DNA from: Terriglobales bacterium
GTDB lineage: Bacteria; Acidobacteriota; Terriglobia; Terriglobales; Acidobacteriaceae
Direction: 5' to 3'
DNA length: 41,288 bases
Assembly: GCA_036391015.1 (NCBI GenBank)
Contig: DASWAR010000161.1
Span: 1 to 41,288, forward strand
This document shows positions 23,503-32,352 of this stretch, piece by piece; the first letter of the stretch is position 1, and each line of letters starts with the position of its first letter. Under the pieces are notes generated by a model. It did not search any database, had not been told where the DNA came from, and saw only the letters and a list, made by a program, of their open reading frames with translations. Both the position numbers and the translations under genes were made by a program.

Positions 23503-24026
23503 CGCGGCACCGCCGAATTCGTTTCCGCGGGTTTCCGGCGCGAACTGAAGCGCGGTATCCAGCGAGGCACGGTGCGGCAGTAAGTTTCATACGCTGCGCC
23601 GAATTTTGTCCGCAGAGTGGGTTCCTCGTAGACGAGGACGAAAACGTGGGCCAACAGCAGCCACGGCAGACAGAAGATAAACGCCGCACCGGAGCGGAGG
23701 TAGAGCGCGAATCCGGCGAGCAGGAGCGCGCCGCCGATATACATCGGATTGCGGACGCAACGGTAGGGCCCGACGGCGACGAATTGGCGGGGCGGATCAA
23801 ACGGCGCGGGCGTGCCGCGGCCGATGACAACGAACGTGGCAATGCAGGCCACGCAGATGACCGAGCCAGCGAGCATCACGGGGATGGCCAGGATGCCCGT
23901 CCACTCCGGTAGTTGCAGGTTGTACAGGCTGTCGTAGCGCCGCAGGCCCAGCGCGACCCACGCCCAGAGCCACAGGAAAGCGACCATCACAATCAGCGCA
24001 CGGACGGCGATGAAGGCTGTCTTCAC
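23499..24026 (-). CDS. ICMT/PEMT-family integral-membrane carboxyl methyltransferase-like protein (copy 1)
   Basis: Paralogue of 22975-23502, also 175 aa, with VRNPMYIGG...VYEEPTLRTKFGAAYETYCRTVPRWIP. ATGA overlaps with ccmA and with copy 2. Confidence 0.8.
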   Translation of the reverse strand: MKTAFIAVRALIVMVAFLWLWAWVALGLRRYDSLYNLQLPEWTGILAIPVMLAGSVICVACIATFVVIGRGTPAPFDPPRQFVAVGPYRCVRNPMYIGGALLLAGFALYLRSGAAFIFCLPWLLLAHVFVLVYEEPTLRTKFGAAYETYCRTVPRWIPRFSSRRKPAETNSAVPR

Positions 24027-24730
24027 GACGCCCCCCGAGGCTGAAGTTCGCGGCGTGCGCGGTCGCGGGCAACAATCTGGCCGGCGTTCATGGTGACCGA
24101 CTCGTCGGCGACGCCGTCCAGCAGCGCCGGCTGGTGCGTGACGACGAAGACAGTCTTGCCCGCGTCACGCATTTCGCCGAGGAGGCGGACCATCTCGCGC
24201 GCGGAAGCGATGTCCACGTTGGAAAAAGGCTCGTCGAGAAGAACAATGGCCGGGTCGTTGAGAATGGCGCGGGCGAGCGAAAGGCGCTGCCGCATGCCCT
24301 GGGAATACTGCCCGACGCGGCGCGGGAGATCGGGATCGAGACCGACGGCGCGCATCACCTCGGAGCAATGCTGGCCGCCGCGGATGCCGTAGAGACGGGC
24401 GAAATAGCGGAGGTTTTCCATGCCGTCCATTTCGTCGTAGAGCAGCGGCGCGTGCGCCATGTAACCGATTTCGGCGGCGACGGAACGCAGGTCCGGCGAA
24501 CCCAGCACGGTGACCGCGCCGCGGGAGGGACGCATCAGCCCGGCAATGGCGCGCAGCAGCGTGGACTTCCCTGCTCCGTTGTCGCCGAGCACGAGATAGA
24601 GGCGGCCGGGGGCGAACTCGGCGGTCACGCCGCGCAGGGCGGCGAAGCGGCCGAACAGTTTCGTGACCTCGGTGAGGACGATGGCGGGCGCGGGTTGGGG
24701 ATCGGTGGACGTTTGTTGCGAAAGACTCAC
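24023..24730 (-). CDS. ccmA: Haem exporter ABC ATPase CcmA
   Basis: Walker A GDNGAGKST, signature YSQGMRQRLSLA, Walker B IVLLDEPF. A GTG at 24730 forms a GTGA overlap with the ccmE stop. The tracked ORF start at 24856 lies inside ccmE. Confidence 0.85.
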   Translation of the reverse strand: MSLSQQTSTDPQPAPAIVLTEVTKLFGRFAALRGVTAEFAPGRLYLVLGDNGAGKSTLLRAIAGLMRPSRGAVTVLGSPDLRSVAAEIGYMAHAPLLYDEMDGMENLRYFARLYGIRGGQHCSEVMRAVGLDPDLPRRVGQYSQGMRQRLSLARAILNDPAIVLLDEPFSNVDIASAREMVRLLGEMRDAGKTVFVVTHQPALLDGVADESVTMNAGQIVARDRARRELQPRGAS

Positions 24731-25233
24731 TGCGCAAGACCGGCGGTGGTGGCGGTTCCGGCCTGGGCTTTCTGCAGCGGCTTGGCCGGCGCGCTGGTAG
24801 GCTGCGACCCGGGCGTGCCGGGTTGATCGGGCGCGGGCGCGTACTTGGAAGCGCACTTGGCCTGGAGCTGGTTGGCGTGGAAGACGCCGTCGCGGCCAAA
24901 GCGGCCCTCGGCCATGGCCTGCGAGTCGTCCCTAAAAGTATCCGGCGGGGCCTCGGTCCCGGTGTAAACCACGGGAAGGGTGAGTTCGTTTTCCTTGAGC
25001 GCGAATTCGACGCGCGAGCCCTGGCGCCTGATGGAGCCGGGCACGACGTTGCCGGCGACGCGCAGCCGCTTGGCATAGCGGCTGTCGTTCATGTCGCGCA
25101 GTTCCTTGATGGTGACGTAGTAGCTCTTGCTCTGCTGCACGCCGGTAAAGGCCAGGTAACCCAGGGAGACGATGACAACGGCGATGGCAACGCCGAAACG
25201 GATATACGTCAACCGACTTTTCATCTCAAGCAT
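24727..25233 (-). CDS. ccmE: Haem chaperone CcmE, CxxxY variant
   Basis: N-terminal TM anchor and an OB-fold region (RLRVAGNVVPGSI...VVYTGTEAPPDTFRDDSQAMAEGRF). The haem-binding segment reads LQAKCASKY where canonical CcmE has LAKHDENY. Start is 25233 or 25224. Confidence 0.85.
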   Translation of the reverse strand: MLEMKSRLTYIRFGVAIAVVIVSLGYLAFTGVQQSKSYYVTIKELRDMNDSRYAKRLRVAGNVVPGSIRRQGSRVEFALKENELTLPVVYTGTEAPPDTFRDDSQAMAEGRFGRDGVFHANQLQAKCASKYAPAPDQPGTPGSQPTSAPAKPLQKAQAGTATTAGLAQ

Positions 25234-25310
25234 AGGCCCCCACTGTGCCAACTCTACCCGTACCCGAATTCCCGGTCAACATTACAAGATGCCATGACCG
25301 GGGTGGCGGC

Positions 25311-26833
<1,523 letters not shown>

Positions 26834-26861
26834 TCTTCAGTCGTCAGTCTTCAGTCGTCAG
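26834..26861. repeat. Tandem 14-mer (tcttcagtcgtcag x2) directly after the thiC stop
   Basis: Exact duplication. A degenerate inverted copy (ccgacgacggaaga, 12 of 14) lies at 26920-26933 on the far side of the terminator. Confidence 0.7.
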
Positions 26862-26868
26862 GAAACGC

Positions 26869-26901
26869 CGAAGCCGCGGAATCTACGCGGCTTTCGTTTT
26901 T
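26869..26901 (+). terminator. Rho-independent terminator of thiC
   Basis: cgaagccgcg-gaatcta-cgcggctttcg followed by TTTTT. Confidence 0.75.
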
Positions 26902-26957
26902 CAGAAGGAAGACAGTGGACCGACGACGGAAGACTGCTTTCGTTGCCGTCTGAGTAG

Positions 26958-27182
26958 TTAGTTTGCCGACAGGTATGCGCTGACGCTGCGACGGCGCCGA
27001 TCAATGCGTCTCCACTTGGCGTGCAGCCAGATGAGGATGCCGATGGCGCAAGTCTCCATCGGGCCGACCGTTAACTCCGTCGCGTATGCCGGGAGCATGC
27101 TGGTGGCGGAAACCCTGACCGCCCAGATCACACCAGCCGCCGCGATCAGGCTGGCGATCCGCACTTCATCTTGAATAGCCAT
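26958..27182 (-). CDS. Possible small two-TM membrane protein (74 aa)
   Basis: Two hydrophobic segments and moderate GC3 bias. No family was recognised. Confidence 0.3.
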   Translation of the reverse strand: MAIQDEVRIASLIAAAGVIWAVRVSATSMLPAYATELTVGPMETCAIGILIWLHAKWRRIDRRRRSVSAYLSAN

Positions 27183-27244
27183 CCCACGAACCTAGCAGCC
27201 GGGTTCCGGGAAGGCTACGTCACGGTTGCGCGATGGACTTTGGT

Positions 27245-28210
27245 TTATTTGCGCTTCAGGACGCGCATCACGGCAGCGACGATGTACGGTGCGGTAAGCC
27301 CGTACTTCTCCATCAACTGGTCGGGTGTGCCGGATTCGGCGTAGGTGTTCTGGATGCCGACGAACTCCATGGGCACGGGATGCGAAGCGGCGACGGATTT
27401 CGCCACCTGTGCGCCCAGGCCGCCGTCGAGCAGGTGCTCCTCGGCGGTGACAATGGCGCCACACTCGCGGGCCGCGCCGGCGACAGCCTCGTCGTCGAGC
27501 GGCTTGATGGTGTGCATGTCGAGGACGCGCGCCGAGACGCCTTCGGCTTCCAGTTGCGCCTGCGCCTGCAAGGCGTAGCTGACTTCAAGGCCGCAGGCAA
27601 TGATGGCGACGTCGCGGCCGTCGCCGTGCTGCTTCGCCTTGCCGATTTCGAATTGGTCATCGGCGGTGTAGATGATGGGCGTCTTCGGCCGCCCGGTGCG
27701 CATGTAGCAGGGGCCGCTCCATTCGGCCATGCGATGCACCAGGGCGCGGGCGCAGAATTCGTCGGAAGGAATCAGCACCACAAAACCGGCCAGGCCGCAG
27801 GCCAGCGCGAGGTCTTCGACGGCCATCTGGCTGGGGCCATCCTCGCCAATGGAAATGCCGCCGTGCGAGCCGACGAACTTGGCGTTGACGCGCGGATAGG
27901 CCACCGACATGCGCAACTGGTCGTAGCCCTTGTCCAAGAGGAATACGGCGAACGACGAGGCAAAGGGAATTTTTCCGTTGAGCGCCAGGCCGCCCGCCAT
28001 GCCGACCATGTTGGCCTCGGCGATGCCGACGGTGAAGAAGCGGTCGGGAAATTCCTTGCCGAATTTGGCGCTGTAGGTGGATTTGGCGAGGTCGGCGTCG
28101 AGGGCAACCACGTTGGGATTGGCGCGGCCCAACTCCACCAGCGCCTGTCCGTAGGCCTCGCGCGTGGCGACGCCCATCTTAAGCCCGAAGTTGCTGCTGG
28201 TGGTCTTCAC
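27245..28210 (-). CDS. Transketolase, C-terminal (pyrimidine-binding) subunit of a split enzyme
   Basis: ATREAYGQALVELG..NPNVVALDADL..ST, FFTVGIAEANMVGMAGGLA, FASSFAVF. A GTG at 28210 gives a GTGA overlap with the N-terminal subunit. The ATG at 28177 is an alternative start. Confidence 0.88.
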   Translation of the reverse strand: MKTTSSNFGLKMGVATREAYGQALVELGRANPNVVALDADLAKSTYSAKFGKEFPDRFFTVGIAEANMVGMAGGLALNGKIPFASSFAVFLLDKGYDQLRMSVAYPRVNAKFVGSHGGISIGEDGPSQMAVEDLALACGLAGFVVLIPSDEFCARALVHRMAEWSGPCYMRTGRPKTPIIYTADDQFEIGKAKQHGDGRDVAIIACGLEVSYALQAQAQLEAEGVSARVLDMHTIKPLDDEAVAGAARECGAIVTAEEHLLDGGLGAQVAKSVAASHPVPMEFVGIQNTYAESGTPDQLMEKYGLTAPYIVAAVMRVLKRK

Positions 28211-29046
28211 CGCGCGTTGGCCTCCAATTCCTTCAATGCCGCCTCGACCTGCTCTTTTTTCGGCGCGACGCCGTGCCACTCGGGATTGTTTTCCATGAAC
28301 GAGACGCCTTTGCCCTTGATGGTTTTGGCGATCACCGCCGTGGGCCGCGAGGTCAGGCCGGCGCGCGCCTGCTGGAGCGCGTCTATGCACTGCTCCAGGT
28401 CGTGTCCGTCAATTTCGATCACATTCCAGTTAAACGAGCGGAACTTGCCGCCGACGGGCGCGGGATCGAGGATGTCGACCAGGAAGCCATCGAGTTGCTG
28501 CTGGTTGTAGTCCACGATGACGGTCAGGTTCGACAGGCGATGAAAACCGGCGTACATGGCGGCTTCCCAGATCTGCCCTTCCTGAATTTCGCCGTCGCCG
28601 ACCATGACGAAAGTGTGCCAGTCGCGCTTGTCCAGGCGCGCCGCCAGCGCCATCCCGATGCCGATGGAAATTCCCTGCCCCAGCGATCCGGTCGAGGCCT
28701 CCAGGACGGGCAGCATGCGCTTGTCGGGGTGGCCTTGCAGCGGCGAACCCAGTTTGCGCAGCGTGGGCAGCAGCACGGGGTCGAGATAGCCGGCCTCGGC
28801 CAGCGTGGCGTAGAGCACCGGAACGCCGTGGCCCTTGGAGAGCACGAAGCGGTCGCGGTCTGGCCAGGCGGGACGATTGCGGTCGTGCCGCAGCACACGG
28901 AAATAGAGCGCGACCAGCAATTCCACCGCGGAGAGCGATCCGCCCGGGTGCCCGCTGCCGGCGGCGCCGATCATCTTGACGATGTCAATGCGAATGCGGT
29001 TGGCGATCTGCTTCAGGTCGGTGAGCGGCGCCACCTGGGTGCTCAT
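28207..29046 (-). CDS. Transketolase, N-terminal (TPP-binding) subunit of a split enzyme
   Basis: GSGHPGGSLS, DRFVLSKGHG, GSLGQGISIGIGMA, VMVGDGEIQEGQIWEA. Confidence 0.9.
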   Translation of the reverse strand: MSTQVAPLTDLKQIANRIRIDIVKMIGAAGSGHPGGSLSAVELLVALYFRVLRHDRNRPAWPDRDRFVLSKGHGVPVLYATLAEAGYLDPVLLPTLRKLGSPLQGHPDKRMLPVLEASTGSLGQGISIGIGMALAARLDKRDWHTFVMVGDGEIQEGQIWEAAMYAGFHRLSNLTVIVDYNQQQLDGFLVDILDPAPVGGKFRSFNWNVIEIDGHDLEQCIDALQQARAGLTSRPTAVIAKTIKGKGVSFMENNPEWHGVAPKKEQVEAALKELEANAR

Positions 29047-29729
29047 GAACGGGCTTTCTCCCCGGCGGCAGCACGTAACCGCTCCTGAGGTTCCGCTTCC
29101 ACCCCAGCACGCGCAACACCGGCGCGCGCAGGGGACCCCGGAGCTTGCGGCTGCTTGGGCAAAACCGCCGGGATGGCGTACGCCGCCTCGCGTGCTTTCA
29201 TAACCAGGTACTTTCCATGGGTCGCGAGGAAACGCGCGAGCACGGTCGCGATCTTGTGAAGGAGCACGCGGTCTTGAAAGGAAAAGGCGTTCAATCGATC
29301 GCTCTCGACGTCAATGACGCCACTGACATGGGCGCTGATCTTGATGGGCATGACCAGCTCGGAGCGGGTCTCCGCAAAAACAGCGACGTACTGCGGATCG
29401 TGGGAGACGTCCGGCACCACCTTGGGCGTGCCGGTTTTTGCCGCCTGGCCGACGTTGCCTTCCCCCAGCCGCATGGCAGCGCAGCGCGGCGCAGGGCCCG
29501 CCGACGCGACACGCAACAGGCGGCCGCCGGCGTCAAGGAAGATAGTGACGGCGAAATACTGCCGCCCTTTTTGCAGCAGCCGGGCGACCTGCACCAGCGG
29601 CGACTCCTGAAACTGTGCGCCGCGAATTTCACGCAGCGGCAGCCGGCCGCGCGAGGCAAGCCGCGGCTTGGCCGCCAGCACCTGCTCGACGGCCCCGAGC
29701 ACTTCACGCGCAGAACGATAAGTTTTCAC
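29043..29729 (-). CDS. GAF domain protein
   Basis: Single GAF-like domain (GEGNVGQAAKTGTPKVVPDVSHDPQY......SELVMPI......GVIDVESD..NAF). GTG start. ATGA overlap with the transketolase N-terminal subunit gene. Confidence 0.7.
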   Translation of the reverse strand: MKTYRSAREVLGAVEQVLAAKPRLASRGRLPLREIRGAQFQESPLVQVARLLQKGRQYFAVTIFLDAGGRLLRVASAGPAPRCAAMRLGEGNVGQAAKTGTPKVVPDVSHDPQYVAVFAETRSELVMPIKISAHVSGVIDVESDRLNAFSFQDRVLLHKIATVLARFLATHGKYLVMKAREAAYAIPAVLPKQPQAPGSPARAGVARAGVEAEPQERLRAAAGEKARS

Positions 29730-29849
29730 GGCAGTTCCTGGACGAGGGGAATGGGGTAAGTTTATCTGCGCAGAAAAGCGGGGTCAACCGAGGGAAGAGT
29801 TGTTGGTGGTCAGGCGAGTAACTCTTGCTGGCCACTGGCCACTTTTGTT

Positions 29850-30755
29850 CTACGCCGGCGAAGGCGCCTTCACCTGGGTCGCGAGGGCCGCCGTTTCCGG
29901 CCGTGCAAACCACTGCCGGATCGCCGGCAGCGCGGCGCGGGCCGCCTGTTCTCCGGCGCGAATCAGTTCCGGCGCGCGGTCGAAGCCGTCGTAGCTGAAG
30001 CCGCGCACGTCGGGCTGGAGAATGGCGTCGGCAGCGGCTTCCCACAAACCGCACATCTTCGATTGCGCGATGGAGAAGCACTGCCCGATGACGTCGAAGA
30101 TGTGGCGCGGACCGTCCGGGCTTACCCAGTGCGCGCTCAGGTAAACGGCGATCACGCGCTGTGCGCCCATTTCGCGCAAAGGGACGGTGGGGACGGCGTG
30201 GGCGAGCATCCCATCCACCAGCAGGCGCCCGTTAATGTTGACCGGCAGGAACATGCCCGGATATGCGCAACTGGCGCGAACCGCGTCCACCAGCGGGCCG
30301 GAGCGGAAGACCACGGGTTCGCCGCTGGTGAAGTCGGTGGCCGCCACCGCCAGCGGGATTTTCAGGTCCTCAAAGGTGCGGCACCTGAGCATCTTGTTGA
30401 GGAACCGTGCCATGCGGTCGTTGCTCGCAAAGCCGTAGCGCGAAAGCGTCCAGCGCGCGAAATCCTTGAAGCGCACCAGGGAGGCAATCTCCTCCAGTTC
30501 CCGGGCGGAGATGCCGCTGCAATAGGCCGCGCCGATCACCGAGCCGACGCTGGTACCGGCGATGAAATTGACGGGAATTCCTTCTTCTTCGAGGACCTTG
30601 AGGATGCCGATATGCGCCAGGCCGCGGGCGAAGCCGCCCCCGAGCGCAAGTCCGACGGTCGGTGTTTCCGGCGCTGCCGGGGCGAGCGGCACATCTGAAA
30701 TGCGTTGCAGCCCACGAGCAAACGCGCGAACCGAACGCGCTATTTTGTTTAGCAT
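29850..30755 (-). CDS. Patatin-like phospholipase
   Basis: Oxyanion motif GLALGGGFARG, nucleophile elbow GTSVGS, and a downstream DG(M) Asp motif. Confidence 0.88.
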   Translation of the reverse strand: MLNKIARSVRAFARGLQRISDVPLAPAAPETPTVGLALGGGFARGLAHIGILKVLEEEGIPVNFIAGTSVGSVIGAAYCSGISARELEEIASLVRFKDFARWTLSRYGFASNDRMARFLNKMLRCRTFEDLKIPLAVAATDFTSGEPVVFRSGPLVDAVRASCAYPGMFLPVNINGRLLVDGMLAHAVPTVPLREMGAQRVIAVYLSAHWVSPDGPRHIFDVIGQCFSIAQSKMCGLWEAAADAILQPDVRGFSYDGFDRAPELIRAGEQAARAALPAIRQWFARPETAALATQVKAPSPA

Positions 30756-30907
30756 ACCGTGCCTGATTCCACATCCGGCCCCACGCGGAGATTACATTCG
30801 GTATGATGCCCGGTTCTGCACTGATAATGCAGCATCGGCCCTGGCCACGCTAGGTTACGGTGGTCACGACGAACGCATTTCCAAGTAACTAAAGGCGATC
30901 TTTCCGC

Positions 30908-31387
30908 ATGGAGCGCGAATATTCGGCTGGAGGCGTGGTCCTCCGCCGCAGGCAGCAGCGGTGGTGGGTGGCGGTCATCGAGCCGCAGGGCAGGCGGAAG
31001 CCGGGCACCCCGGCCGGCGCTCCCGCCACCGTGCTCGCGCTTCCCAAGGGCAACGTGGACAAAGGCGAAAAGCCGGAGGAAACGGCGGTGCGCGAAGTGC
31101 GCGAAGAAACCGGCGTCGAAGCCGCCCTGGTTGCCAAGCTCAGCGACATCAAGTACATCTACGTGCGCTCCTGGGGCGACCGCCAGCGCGTATTCAAAGT
31201 CGTAAGCTTTTTTCTGCTGCGCTATCGCAGCGGGCGCATCGGGCAGATTACGCCGGCCATGCGCCGCGAAGTGCGGCAAGCCATGTGGCTGCCGCTGGAC
31301 GAGGCCGCGCAAAAACTCAGCTACCGCGGCGAGCGCGACGTGGTGAAGCTGGCGCAGGAATACGTCAAGGCGCATCCGGAACTTTAG
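30908..31387 (+). CDS. NUDIX hydrolase
   Basis: Nudix box GNVDKGEKPEETAVREVREETGV. Confidence 0.88.
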   Translation: MEREYSAGGVVLRRRQQRWWVAVIEPQGRRKPGTPAGAPATVLALPKGNVDKGEKPEETAVREVREETGVEAALVAKLSDIKYIYVRSWGDRQRVFKVVSFFLLRYRSGRIGQITPAMRREVRQAMWLPLDEAAQKLSYRGERDVVKLAQEYVKAHPEL

Positions 31388-31399
31388 AGCGAGGCAACT

Positions 31400-32095
<696 letters not shown>

Positions 32096-32167
32096 GTGAC
32101 GGGCAGGTAAGGATTTATCTTGACGCCGGGAGGGCTCTTCGCTACCCTGAACTCAACTAATAGAAAC

Positions 32168-32224
32168 GGGCGCGCCGCTGCCATCCTCACCCCACATCTA
32201 CGCGGCGCGCCCGAAATTTTTTAT
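32168..32224 (+). terminator. Candidate terminator after the VIT1-family gene
   Basis: Perfect 11-bp stem gggcgcgccgc/gcggcgcgccc with a large 23-nt loop, followed by gaaaTTTTTTa. Confidence 0.5.
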
Positions 32225-32352
32225 GGGGTGAATTCCCGCGAAAATCGTGCCCCGGAAGGGCAGAATTTCTTTCGCTTGAAGGCCGGCCTCGTCACAGTCT
32301 GGCGGCGATTCAAGCTGCTATATTGTCGCGGGAAGTTTCAGGTATTTCTGTC

